A stretch of 63,984 bases of DNA, filler included, from Octopus bimaculoides (taxonomy: Eukaryota), in the NCBI RefSeq assembly GCF_001194135.2. It is 5 parts of 5 records of this genome, joined end to end, with 100 filler letters (N's around TTAATTAATTAA, not from the genome) between each part and the next. Parts side by side here need not be neighbours in the genome. Positions count along the whole stretch, not along the records: positions 27,552 to 41,074 come from NC_068983.1; positions 41,175 to 57,256 come from NC_068982.1; 3 more parts are not named here. One strand, written 5' to 3'. Of the stretch, positions 35,865 through 47,470 are shown piece by piece. The notes below the pieces were generated by a model, which searched no databases, was not told the origin of the DNA, and saw nothing but the letters and a program-made list of their open reading frames with translations. Within the stretch, counting starts at the first letter, position 1. Every line of letters starts with the position of its first letter. The position numbers and the translations under genes were made by a program.

Positions 35865-36050
35865 GGTGCAGGAGTGGCTGTGTGGCAAATAGCTTGCTTA
35901 CCAACCACATGGTTCCGGGTTCAGTCCCACTGCGTGGTACCTTGGGCAAGTGTCTTCTACTATAGCCTTGGGCCGACCAAAGCTTTGTGAGTGGATTTGG
36001 TAGACGGAAATTGAAAGAAGCCCGTCGTATATATGTATATATATATATAT
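35865..36050 (+). mobile_element. SINE family B (5' half, runs into a gap)
   Basis: ggtgcaggagtggctgtgtgg...gagtggatttggtagacggaaattgaaagaagcccgtcg. Confidence 0.92.
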
Positions 36051-36470
36051 NNNNNNNNNNNNNNNNNNNNNNNNNNNNNNNNNNNNNNNNNNNNNNNNNN
36101 NNNNNNNNNNNNNNNNNNNNNNNNNNNNNNNNNNNNNNNNNNNNNNNNNNNNNNNNNNNNNNNNNNNNNNNNNNNNNNNNNNNNNNNNNNNNNNNNNNNN
36201 NNNNNNNNNNNNNNNNNNNNNNNNNNNNNNNNNNNNNNNNNNNNNNNNNNNNNNNNNNNNNNNNNNNNNNNNNNNNNNNNNNNNNNNNNNNNNNNNNNNN
36301 NNNNNNNNNNNNNNNNNNNNNNNNNNNNNNNNNNNNNNNNNNNNNNNNNNNNNNNNNNNNNNNNNNNNNNNNNNNNNNNNNNNNNNNNNNNNNNNNNNNN
36401 NNNNNNNNNNNNNNNNNNNNNNNNNNNNNNNNNNNNNNNNNATATATATATATATATATATATACATATA

Positions 36471-36597
36471 CAGGGTGTCCACAAAGTCTGGGTACATGGG
36501 GATTAACACATACTTTAAGAAATTATTATTTCTTATATTTAATTGTTTTTGTTATGATTTTATTTACTCCATGTACCCAGACCTTGTGGACACCCTG
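36471..36597. mobile_element. 127-bp Tc1/mariner-type MITE
   Basis: 29-bp TIR cagggtgtccacaaagtctgggtacatgg (1 mismatch), TA on both sides. Confidence 0.93.
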
Positions 36598-36984
36598 TAT
36601 ATATGTACGTATGCATGTATGTATGTATGTATGTATTTACACATACATATATGCGCATTCATATATTTACACTCACAAACACATACATATCTTCCACAGT
36701 AGTATCTATTTACAATGACCCTAATTGATGGATAAGACATAAGATATATTTTTATTCTTTCATTCCTTTATTGTTGATGTCTTATTATCATAGCTAGTTC
36801 TCATACAATAATTAATTAATTGATTTATCGACGAAATTTTTTCTTTACTTTTCATCATTTAACTTCGAAGATGAAACGTCCACAAACCGATGTATATATT
36901 TTTGTAGTACTTAGTAACCTAATTTTGCACTACCAGTTTCAATTCCGCAGAGTTCGATTGTAATATTCTAATGTTTCCGTAGAA

Positions 36985-37300
36985 CGGTGAGCTGCCAGAA
37001 TCGTTAAGACGCCGGGCAAAATGCGTGGCGGCATTTCGCCCGTCCATACGTTCTGAGTCGAAATTCTGCCGAGGTCGACTTTGCCTTTCATCCTTTCTGA
37101 GTCGATACCAATTGAGTACTGGGGTCGATGTAATTGACTTAATTCCTCCCCCGAAATTGCTAGGCTTGTGCCAAATTGTGAAGCCAATATTCTAATGTCA
37201 CGAGAAAGAGGCGAGATGGCAGAATCGTTTGCATGCCGGACAAAATGCATAGTAGTATTTCGTCCGTCTTTACGCTTTGATTTCAAATTCCGCCTTTCAT
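36985..37300 (+). mobile_element. SINE family A plus a second partial copy
   Basis: gagctgccagaatcgttaagacgccggg...gaggtcgactttgcctttcatcc; second head at about 37208. Confidence 0.88.
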
Positions 37301-37559
37301 CTATTTGACTAAGGTGCCGAGGAGTGAGACTGAATCCGAAACCAGGTGGCTTCAAAGTGACCACACCGCCAAAGAAAAAAGAAACAACAAAAAACTAAAA
37401 CAACATTATTGTGTCCATGGTAATACGTTCGATACATTAAGTAGTAAGATATTTGTAGTAGACAAAAAGAGGGCCTATATCTGGTAGCTAGATCTGCTGG
37501 AAATAGCAGGCAAACTTCCTTCAAATTGTGTTTGTCTGTAAGGTATCACAGTCTTAATT

Positions 37560-38010
37560 GGAACGCTTTTGATAGTAGTTTTTACGTTTACGGTTCTGAT
37601 TAGATCAACGAAATTGGCTAACTTACAGATTGAAGATTACGAAGGTCAAAGGAAACACATGGCATCAAGCGTATTGATAGAAGAAAGGTGAAATAAGGAA
37701 ATGAAAAATTTACCAAAAAGTGCAATTTACTGAATGGATGTGAGATATGCGTCGAGTCAAAGAACATTGATATGAAATCGTTAGCTTTTCAGATGAGTTG
37801 TTTTCTTAGAATTTTTGGCATAATGGGAAACAGTTATATTGTCTTTGAGTAACTAAATGTGTTTGTTGGGAAGAGAGAAAGACTTGAAGAAACAGCAAGA
37901 CTAAGAAAAATGCAGTTATTTGCAAATATAATCAGATTTAGAAAAACAGAATGTGATAGGAGAAGTCGGTGACCAAGGAGAGACTGGTTCAATAATTTTG
38001 AGGCACAGCC
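37560..38010 (+). mobile_element. Highly degenerate RTE-clade LINE relic
   Basis: YVYGSD, ETHGIKRIDRRKV, RLRKMQLFANIIR and PRRDWFNNF, in the order expected for the RTE RT C-terminus. Confidence 0.55.
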
Positions 38011-39019
38011 TGGTATTTGAGAACATTAGAATGCAGAAAAGAAACTCAAAACCAAGATGGGGTGAGGATAATATTGACAGAAAAATTTCAAGAACCTAAC
38101 GGCAGAAACTCAATGCAAATAACTTGATTTGGCATCCTCATTAACTTACGAAGTCTATGTCTTTCGAAATGCACCAGTATCCAACACAATAAGGCTTTTT
38201 GTAGCTCTATATTTCTGATTTCAAAGTGTAGCCAGAGATATATATGTGTATATATTAATCTTTTTTAAACGCAAAATGCTATCAACAGAGAAAGGTTCAG
38301 CTCTTACAATTAGGTATTTATAATTTTTCTTCCATCCTGGAAAATGACTCCTAGTACATGCAAATACCCTACATACTCCTAAAAACTCCAACAAAACAGA
38401 AAAAAAAAAAAAGGATGGTCACAACTAATTCATACCCTCCCAAAGGCAAACTTCACACAGTAATATATTTGTATTAAGCAGTTGAATATATAAGCCAGAA
38501 CAGTAATTTAATTCTGATAGTTTTTTAAGAGTCAGATTTATTTTAGTCTATTGGAAGTATTTGGCGCATACGTGTTGGTTTATTAAATATAAAACTTTAC
38601 CCTTAATCAGTCTGTTAGCTAGTGAGTAGGGTATGTTGACATCCGGTGTTGATTGAAATAACTCAAGTAATTACGTTAATTAGTTTTATATCCCCAAACT
38701 TTCTAGTTCTCTTTTATAATTCATACGTCACCTTCTCGTGATCTTAGATTAAAAAAAAATTATATCAGCAGCTGTATTGGATAAATTAACTATTTAGGCT
38801 GTTGGTTAAATTTAATCAAACCACTCCTGTCTGTCTGCCTGTATGTCTGTCTCTTTCTGTCTCACCCCACTAATAACGTCTCTCTACACACTCGGGTACA
38901 ATCTATTTTCTAACATTTAATCAATCGTTTAAATAGACCAAAGTTGTTTTTTTTAGTTAATTTCTTTTGTAGTTTATGTTCTGTTAGTCCTCTCACTACA
39001 GTTTGACAGCAGGTTCGCT

Positions 39020-39570
39020 TACATTCTTGCAACTTAGCAGTTCGGCAAAAAAGCCCAACAGACTAAGTACCACACTTAAAAAAACCTCCAAAACCCCCCC
39101 AAAACAATAAGTACTAGGGTCGATTTGTTCAACTAAACCCTTCAAGGTAGTGCTCCAGCATGGCCGCGTTCTAATAACTGAAACGAGTAGGAAGATAAAA
39201 GGCAAAAAAAGAAAAGATTGTAGAGTGTTAAAACGGTAAATTGATAAAGTCATGGGAGCGCCGGATAAAAGGAGATGCGTTATTTTTTCCGGTTTTCTGC
39301 GCTTTGAGTTTGCTTCCGGCCGAGGTCAACTTTGCCAGCCATCCTATAAATGTCGATAAGTAAAGTACAAATGGAAGATAGCAAAATGGCGGAATTGTTT
39401 GTATCTTCTGAATGCTGTGTCTGCGACGGCTCTGATGCCAAACTGCTTCAGCGCTTCTTTGACTTTGAAAGGCAAAGTCGATCTCGGCGGCTTTTGAACT
39501 TAGAACGTAAAGTGTTGGAATAAATGGCGGCAAATGTTTCGTCCGGCGCATAAATGATGCAACCAGCTCG
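39020..39570. mobile_element. SINE B tail (+) followed by two degenerate SINE A copies in opposite orientation
   Basis: gtgctccagcatggccgc tail; ccgaggtcaactttgcc (+); aaggcaaagtcgatctcggcgg (-). Confidence 0.75.
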
Positions 39571-39573
39571 ACG

Positions 39574-39950
39574 GTGAAGCAGAAAAAGAAGGAGAAGAAA
39601 GAAGAGGAGGAGGCAAAGAAGAAGGAGGAGGAGGCAAAGAAGAAGAAGGCAAAGAAGAAGAAGAAGAAAGGGAAAAAATTGAGCGTGAAGTTAGTGATAG
39701 AAAAGAAATTAGAGAACGAGGAAAAAGAAGGAAAGAAAAACGATAGAAGGAAAGCAAGCAAGCAAAGAAGAAAAGAAGAAAGCAGGGAAGAAAGAAAGAA
39801 AAAAGGAAACAAAGGAGGAAGGAAACAAAGAAAGAAAGGGTGCTTAAAAAGAAGAGAAAAAGTAAATGTTAAAGAGAGAGAGAGAGAGAGAGAGAGAATG
39901 ATAAAGAATGAAAAAGAGAAGGATAAAGATGAAAAGTGTGAAAAGAAGGT
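39574..39950. repeat. Purine-rich low-complexity (GAA/AAG/GA) tract
   Basis: Direct observation. Confidence 0.9.
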
Positions 39951-40183
39951 TTCTATGAACGTGATGTTACAAAGGTGCTGAAAGCTTCAGGCAGGCGTCA
40001 AAGCTGTCATTTTGACCTTAACAAAGTGATTTAGGAGGTTGCACTGCCCTGTATAGGGTACCGCCATGCTTGCAGGGAATGTAAAATGTAATGTTGCAAA
40101 TTGAAGTTGGCGATGTTATTCAAACTGGTCGAACGAATTATGAGTTATATGTACGTGGGTGTGTGTATTTGTATATTACAGTA

Positions 40184-40672
40184 GGCGCAGGAGTGGCTGT
40201 GTGGTTAGAAGCTTGCTTCTCAACCACATGGTTCCGAGTTCAGTCCCACTGTGTTCTACTTGTAGGCTCGAGTCAACTAAATTCTTGTGACTGGATTTGG
40301 TAGAAGGAGGCTGAATGAGGCCTGCCATATGCATATATCTGTGTGTCTTTGTGTCTGTGTTTGCCCCTCCACCGCTGCCTCACACACACAAACACACACC
40401 CACACACAATCATACTAATTCTTGTATTCTGTCGCCCTATATGTCATTTCTTTATTGCCCACTAGGGGCTAAACATAGAGGGGACAAACAAGGACAGACA
40501 AAAGAATTAAGTCGATTACATCGACCCCAGTGCGTAACTGGTACTTTAATTTATCGACCCCGAAAGGATGAATGGCAAAGTCAACCTCGGCGGAATTTGA
40601 ACTCAGAACGTAACGGCAGACGAAATACCGCTAAGCATTTCGCCCGGCATGCTACGCCGCCCTTGTCGCCCT
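40184..40672. mobile_element. SINE B (+, 40184-40378) and SINE A (-, 40455-40672)
   Basis: Family-diagnostic heads and cores. Confidence 0.9.
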
Positions 40673-41252
40673 ATATATTGAATCATCAACCAGGGAGTGG
40701 GCGCATGACGCATCATCGTCGCTTGTCGCCTGAACCTGTCTGCTGGTTTAAAGACCAAGCCTAACGTTTCCATATACCTTAAACGCCGGTTAAATTATAC
40801 TTGTAACTGAAACACTCAGCTATGCCGAGAACACCCCCCCCCACACACATACACACAGACATACACACCCACAAATTATTACGTATGTTCTGCCAGTGAA
40901 TTACGCTGAAAAAACGCATGCCTTTTCGAATGCTTTGTCAGTTATGCGCTAATTCAATAACAAGGCATAATGCTATTCGAATAATGAAATCAGTCATCGT
41001 CATAACCGACGAAGGACTTGTTAATTCAGTTAGTAAACTAAATTATTATTATTATTATTAGTTGCTTTTGTGTTNNNNNNNNNNNNNNNNNNNNNNNNNN
41101 NNNNNNNNNNNNNNNNNNTTAATTAATTAANNNNNNNNNNNNNNNNNNNNNNNNNNNNNNNNNNNNNNNNNNNNCTAACTTGTTGTCTCTTGAGGTCTCT
41201 GGGTGAAACTTGGATCCAACTTGTACAAATGCAAAACAAAAGTCAAACATAA

Positions 41253-41253
<1 letters not shown>

Positions 41254-41330
<77 letters not shown>

Positions 41331-41358
41331 AAGAAGAAGAAGAAGAAGAAGAAGAAGA
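41254..41358. repeat. (TAA)n(GAA)n compound microsatellite
   Basis: Direct observation. Confidence 0.97.
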
Positions 41359-42395
41359 ATGCAACGAGAAGAATATTCTGGGATGGTACATCAAACAGCA
41401 GAGTGAATCCTTACTTACCGCCGTTAGAATTCACCAATATAATACCTACCGAATATGTGATGCACCCACAGACATATAAGAAACAAGACGAAGAAGAAAG
41501 AATAAACAAATGGAAAATGAAACCTCTACATGAGCAATACCTTAGAGAAATCGAAGGGACAGACAAATCAACACTCGGAGATGGCTAGGAAAAAGTGATC
41601 TGAACAGATGCACTTAGGCATTGCTATGCAGCGCCCAGAAACAAGCTCTGAGAACTAATTACACCTAGTTCTAAATAGATAAGCGTGGGGAATCACCCCT
41701 TTGTAAGATGTGTGGCAGCAGAAACGAAACAATCTCACATATTCTGAGCGTGTGTATCAAGCTGGCCCAAAAGCGCTACAAAAGGAGGCACGATAACGTG
41801 GCTAAGTTCGACCACTAGAAGCTATGTGAAAAGTACGGCTTGAACAGAGCACAGAAATGGTATGAACATGAGCCAGGAGTCACCGAGAACAAGGTACTGT
41901 GGGATCTTACAATCCAATGTGACTCCCTAATCGAGGCTCGGAGACCAGATATTGTTGTGGTAGATGAAGGAAAAAAAGAAACCAAGATCATAGATATTGT
42001 AGTACCTGGAGATGCACACAAGTGACAAATAGCTAGAAAATATAAAAAAGTACAGATAACTAAAAGACGAAATTGCAAGAATGTGGACTGTGCGGAGAGT
42101 GTCTGTCATTCCAGTAGCTGTAGGGGAACTGGGAGCACTATCAACCAAGTTCGAGAAATATATTAAAGAAATCGGAATTAACACGAGAGCAGAGCAAGCC
42201 AAAAGACTGCTCTGTTGGGGACAGCTAGGATTTTGAGCTTGTTTGAATGTCTCCCATGACAATTAACAACCAAGTATCAAAACTTTTAACGTGGGGAAAG
42301 AGACCTTGTGACACCTCTGACAACAGCCTGCTGTCCGCTCTCACAGAATCTATCAAAACAGACAAGACCGAATGTTCTGAGAAGTAAAACGATAA
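41359..42395 (+). mobile_element. 5'-truncated R4/Dong-clade RLE retrotransposon (type 2 UTR)
   Basis: CKMC...ETISHILSVC CCHC knuckle, RRHDNVAK, KWYEHEP, RRPDIVVVD...IIDIVVPGD RLE nuclease motif; stops and frameshifts; followed by a taa-like tail. Confidence 0.92.
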
Positions 42396-42411
42396 TAATG
42401 ATAATAATACT

Positions 42412-42600
42412 TTCTACTATAGGGACAAGGCCTGAAATTTTGCGGAAAGAATAAGTCGAAAACATCAATCCAAATACTCAAGTGGTTCTTATTTTATCGA
42501 ACCAAAAATGATGGATGATAAAGTTGATCTCGACGGAATTTAAACTCAGAACATAAAGACTGATGAAATGCCGCTAAGATTTTTTTTGCCGGCGTGTCGG
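42412..42600 (-). mobile_element. Degenerate SINE family A
   Basis: ctactatagggacaaggcctgaaatttt tail; aaagttgatctcgacggaatttaaactcagaac. Confidence 0.8.
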
Positions 42601-42950
42601 TGATTAAACTGGTAACCCCATTAGGAGAACTTTGCGTAGAGTTTGACATAGTAAGTTTTTCTATGTAGATGGGATCAAAAGCACAATAAGCCCACAAACC
42701 TGCCCGCTCCAAAACAAGAAATCCTATGATTCAGAAAAACTATAGTTTATATTGTATCGAAACTTGCATAACTACCCCAGAAAGATTTTTTTAATGCATA
42801 AATGGTAGGCATAAGTTTGTTGCAATAGTTCACAGAAATTCTTGCAGGAAATTTTGTTTTTCATGCACATAAAAAAAAAGCAATAACCATTTTGTGAGAT
42901 TACAAATGCAACCTCCGAAAATATTGTATTAGGATTGTGATGAAACTTAC

Positions 42951-42965
42951 CTTTTCAAGGCAAAA
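42951..42965 (-). other. Candidate 15-nt micro-exon of an unidentified host gene
   Basis: tctgctgtgttttattctag|TTTTGCCTTGAAAAG|gtaagt: strong acceptor and donor in unique sequence; no transcript evidence. Confidence 0.4.
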
Positions 42966-43387
42966 CTAGAATAAAACACAGCAGACTGAATATGCCTTTT
43001 GTCCACAAGAAAAACGCATGCATTGAATCGATGAGGCATTCTCGTTTAAACATAATATAGAAAGAAATGAAAAAGGAAGAATAGAGCATTGCACATACTT
43101 AAAATATGAAATATTCAAGTGTGGGAACAGAGAAGTTAACACGGTTATGACAACTGCCGATTATTACTGATGCCTTGGAAACAGTGAAAAAGAAAACTTG
43201 AAGACATTTTTTGAAAAATTTGAGCTTAACCTTGGTATTAGTACACTTTTAGAAAGCATGTCAATTATGCGACAATGTAATATAACAGATATGGAGACCA
43301 AATTGTACCGAAAACACTTAATCGTAGATCACATGTAATGGTTCGATAAAATGCATAATTAACGTCAAATCTATGAAACAAGAGAAC

Positions 43388-43438
<51 letters not shown>

Positions 43439-43689
43439 GTCAGTCCAGTCGATTTCAACGAAATGAGATTTTGCGGGAAAGGAATAAAAAAAAAGAAAGG
43501 ATTAAAAGTAAAAAAAAAAGAAGCTTCGTCTATTTGCAGTGGATGCGTGAATGTAATTTGAATCCAAGTACGGATTTTACTATGAAGTCACATTGGGGAC
43601 AATGATGATTTAGATTGAGCCTGGGATCGGACAGATGTGTCTATTGATTGCAGGATATAATCCTTTCATTATTTTATTCATCCATCTCA

Positions 43690-44325
43690 AATTGTCTAGA
43701 TGCATCATGTCACATTTTACAACACTCACATCGATCTAGGCAATAAGTTTCTCAAATTGATAAATTAAGCTATAAGGGATTCCACTGATTGTTTCAACTT
43801 ACACCTAAGGAAGGGTCTTCTTTTACCATAGAATCCCTCCACTTGGCCGTACAAAAGAACTCTCGGAATGCAATCATCTTGCACTCGAACAACATATCGT
43901 CTAAAATTGTAACATTTGATATCTTATCTTTCCATTAGTCTTGCAGATATTGCGCAGACAGCACATGGGGAGGTTTTAAAGTTTATTTATATGTCTGTAG
44001 TAGGGAGTAAAAACAGTGCGCTCAAAATACAAGATTTGTATACACTTGTTTTAACCATCAAACTGACACAGTATTCATCCCACCAACGATGGGAAACTTT
44101 TCCAAATGCATATGTAGCCTTATACATTCTAACATTCATTTCATCAAGAGTACACTTAAAGTTTATTATACTTCCAAGATATTTGACCCATTTGAGTGGC
44201 TTGTTGTCAATTATTACATTGGAATAATAAATATGTTGTGTCCCAGGTTTTGGTTGAAATAAAACTTCAGTTTTCTTAACGCTGATGGTCAACCCAAATG
44301 TACGAGGTGCCTCAACAAAACTGTC
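43690..44325 (-). mobile_element. RTE/BovB-like LINE relic (RT C-terminus)
   Basis: FGLTISVKKTEVLFQPKPG...VKYLGSII...AFGKVSHRWW...KTSVYKSCIL; later WKDKISN and DDCIPRVLLYG. Confidence 0.88.
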
Positions 44326-44344
44326 TTCATGATGAAATTCGAGA

Positions 44345-45800
44345 CACAGTTACTGATGACATAGAAATCCCAACATGGTCATGAATCAATACTCTAGCTA
44401 CGGTTCATTGATGACGTCTTTTTTGTCTGGGAAGGATCACAAGATAGTTTAATTGATTTCTTGCATTTGTGTGACTGTTATGCAAAAAGGTATGGCTTCA
44501 GGTCCAACATAAAATTTACGTCTAGTTTTTCAAAAAGTAGCGTTAAGTTTTTGAAAACAAAAATTAAGTTTATTGGATGCAGAATAGTAACAAAGTTATT
44601 TTGCATGCTTACGTCATCCTACATTTACCTCCACCACAACTCCGATCATCCACATCATATAATTCGTTCAAATTCCAAATCCCAATTTTTGAGGATAAAA
44701 CGAATTTGTACTGACATAGGGGAATACTGGAAACATGCAAATGCTTTTGTATATTGTTATGTCAAAGGCGGTTACAGTGAATCACGATTAAAGGAAATAG
44801 CAAATGGCATAGCTAAGATTAGCAAAGGAAGTCAAACTTTCCCGCATAATTTTACCAAGCAGAGTACAATATCTGTCAGAATTCCTTTAGTGATTAACTG
44901 GCACAGAAATTTTGCTGACATTTCAAAAGTGTTACGTGACAGTTACCAGCATGTTGCGGAAAGATATCCTCGTTTCAAGCAAATATTTCCTCAGCTGCCT
45001 ATTGTAGCATTTAGACGGAATAAAAGTATAAGAGAAATATTAACTTCTTCTTCTGACTCCAAGAAAACTAATATTGGAGTTCCTGCACGCTGTACCTTGA
45101 AAGACAGCCGCAAGAGCGTTAAGCCCTGTTCATTGTGCGCCAACATGAGTCAAGTGAATTCCACCAGGAAACATAACAGAAATGTTATGATTTACACGGA
45201 AGGTGGGACGTGTAGAGATTCCAATTTGGTGTATGCAGCAGAATGCACAAATACAACTTGATTTATGTTGGTTGTACAATGGAACAATTAAATAAAAGAT
45301 TCATTGGGCATAGATATGACGTCAGGCACAATGTCCGACAGAATATCTTGCATCAAACGACTGCAATTTTGAAAAAGACTTGAAACTGCATATTCTCAGA
45401 AAATATTCTGAATGTGCTACACTTTCAGTACTCAAAATGCACCAGGAGAAATGCTTGCGGGTTATTAACATCACGCCCTGGAGGAATCAATAAAATGACA
45501 TCATATTTACACAAAACTGTTTGATTAAATATTCTCCTTCTTTATTCTTTTCTTTTCTTTTTTCTATTTTTTTTCTTTCTTTTACTTTATGCCAGTTGTA
45601 AACTTGAAATTTGAAGACTGATGATTTCATTCCATCAACTAGGAGACGCTGGTTGCTCTCGTTCATATTTTGCATTTGAATTTCTATAATTAAGAAATTT
45701 TATCACTTTTCCTTTTGAACACGACAAAGACACGCTAGCTGTCGAAATATCGTTTAGCCAATAAAATATATATTGCAATCTCACCGCACTCTTCGTATTG
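44345..45800 (+). mobile_element. Penelope-like element (probably Neptune clade), 5'-truncated: RT C-terminus, GIY-YIG and 3' UTR
   Basis: FIDDVFFVW, YLHHNSDHP..I..S..KSQFLRIKRIC, Cys linker PCSLC, SNLVYAAEC...LIYVGCT..QL.KRF.GHRYDV; AATAAA at about 45760. Confidence 0.92.
45717..45755 (+). ncRNA. Decayed hammerhead ribozyme relic in the PLE 3' UTR
   Basis: gaac-acgacaa-a-GACA...TGTC-GAAA-TAT-C-gttt: stems and GAAA retained, CUGANGA box mutated. Confidence 0.45.
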
Positions 45801-45849
45801 TCTATTTACGTTTGTGAAGAGTTATGTCAATCCTTTTAAAATGTTGTTG

Positions 45850-46240
45850 TTGTTGTTACTTTACTTCTCAGAACGTTCGGTCTTGTCTGTTCTGGTAGAT
45901 TTTGTGAAAGCGGACAGCAGCCTGCTGTTAGACGTCTCACATGGTCTTTTTCCACACATTATAAGCTTTGTTACTTAGTTGTTAATTATCGTGGGAGACA
46001 TTCAACATCCAAGTACCAATTTCAAAATCCTAGCTATCCCCAACACAGCAGGTTTTTGCTTGCTCTGCTCTCATGTCAATTCCCATTTCTTTGACATATT
46101 TCTTGAACTTGATAGTGTTCCGATTGCCCATACAACTCCTTATAGTCCACATTCTTGCAATTTCGTCTTTTAGTAGTCTGTACTTTTCAATCTTTTCTAG
46201 TTCATTGTCACTTATGCGTCCCCAGATATTGCAATATCTA
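45850..46240 (-). mobile_element. R4/Dong-like 3' fragment (type 2 UTR) with (AAC)n tail
   Basis: Reverse-complement similarity to 42000-42390. Confidence 0.85.
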
Positions 46241-46269
46241 TTATCTTGGTAAACAATAAGAATTATATT

Positions 46270-46829
46270 ATTATTATTATTATTGTTCAGTAGTTTTATC
46301 TTTATAACGTGCTTTCACTTCACTACCGAACGCAGCTCTGTGTGCCTTGGGTATGTGCTGTGGTTTGCTGTGATGCTCTTGTGGTTACTGTATTGAAAGT
46401 GTTTTGCGTAGGATGTGTGCAGTGCCCAGTAGTGCAATTTTCTGTATGTTATATATATTTGTAAGTCCTGGTGTTTTTGTTATGTATTTGTCTGAATATT
46501 TTTTTATCATACCTAAGGCACCTACTATGATAGGAATTGTTTCTGTTTTTAGATTCCACATTTGAGTTACCTCTATTTCCAGGTCTTTGTATTTTGAAAG
46601 TTTTTCCATTTCTTTTAGGGAAACGTTGTCATCTGCTGGTATTGATACATCAATTAGAAAGCATTTTTTTTCTTCATGATCTTTGACAACTATATCTGGT
46701 CTATTTGCCTTAATTTCCCTATCTGTGTGTATTGGCATATCCCAGAGTATGGTTGCTTTCTCGTTTTCTGTGACCTTTTCTGGCGTGTGTTTATACCATC
46801 TTTTTTCTGTTGTTATTCCATAGTGTTGG

Positions 46830-46830
<1 letters not shown>
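46270..46830 (-). mobile_element. 5'-truncated R4/Dong-like retrotransposon (type 1 UTR) embedded in (TAA)n
   Basis: IHTDREIKANRPDIVVKDHEEKKCFLIDVSIPADDNV...IVGALG...ALLGTAHILRKTLSIQ*; taa repeats on both sides. Confidence 0.93.
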
Positions 46831-46896
<66 letters not shown>

Positions 46897-46914
46897 AAAA
46901 ACAGTAATTATAAT

Positions 46915-47065
46915 AATCCTTTATAATAAAGGCATAAGGCGTGAAATTTGTGGGGAGGAGGATAGTTTCGATTATATCGACCCCGGTGTCTCACAGGTAC
47001 TTAGCCTATTGACCCTGAAAGGATGAAAGGTAAAGTCGACCTCGGTGGAATTTGAACTCTGGATG
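46915..47065 (-). mobile_element. SINE family A
   Basis: gaaaggatgaaaggtaaagtcgacctcggtggaatttgaactc. Confidence 0.85.
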
Positions 47066-47074
47066 TTAGGATGA

Positions 47075-47310
47075 TGATGCATACCTTTCTAGTGCTAGTC
47101 TGCAGCTTGACAGAACATGTCTCACCGTCGCTTTCTCTCCGCATCCACATTCATCGGTTGTTTTTATGTTCCATCGGACTAAGTTCGCCGGTGAGCGTAG
47201 AACGTCGAATGTAGACTTGATCAGGAAGGATGTTCTTGCTTGTTCCCAAGCCCAAAGTTCCTTCCATGAGATTCTTCGACTGACCACGCATTCAGCACAC
47301 CCTGGCTACC
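47075..47310 (-). mobile_element. HERO-like RLE non-LTR retrotransposon relic
   Basis: WEQARTSFLIKSTFDVLRSPANLVRW...CGCGEKATVRHVLSSCRLALERY, like the R.SFL..S.YD.LPSP.NL..W...C..C...TL.HIL..C..AL..RY pattern. Confidence 0.7.
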
Positions 47311-47339
47311 ACAGGATTAAAGAAAAAGAAGGAAAATTG

Positions 47340-47470
47340 GACACTAATGATGAATCGAAGTGGGAGATGTTCAGCTTTCGCGCTATGAAGAAAGTGGACG
47401 CGATACCAGTAGTGATTGGTGCACTTGGAAGGATCAGTCCCCAACTAGTAACGTGGCTTTATGCATGATC
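47340..47470 (+). mobile_element. RLE nuclease C-terminal fragment (R4/Dong-like)
   Basis: MKKVDAIPVVIGALGRISPQLVTWL. Confidence 0.65.

Noticed and set aside
37629-37687. Plus-strand exon candidate IEDYEGQRKHMASSVLIEE
   Set aside because: Another frame of the same bases gives ETHGIKRIDRRKV within an ordered set of RTE motifs, so it is better explained as a LINE relic.
39574-39981. Lys/Glu-rich 135-aa ORF
   Set aside because: Purine-rich low-complexity tract; no domain or splice signals.
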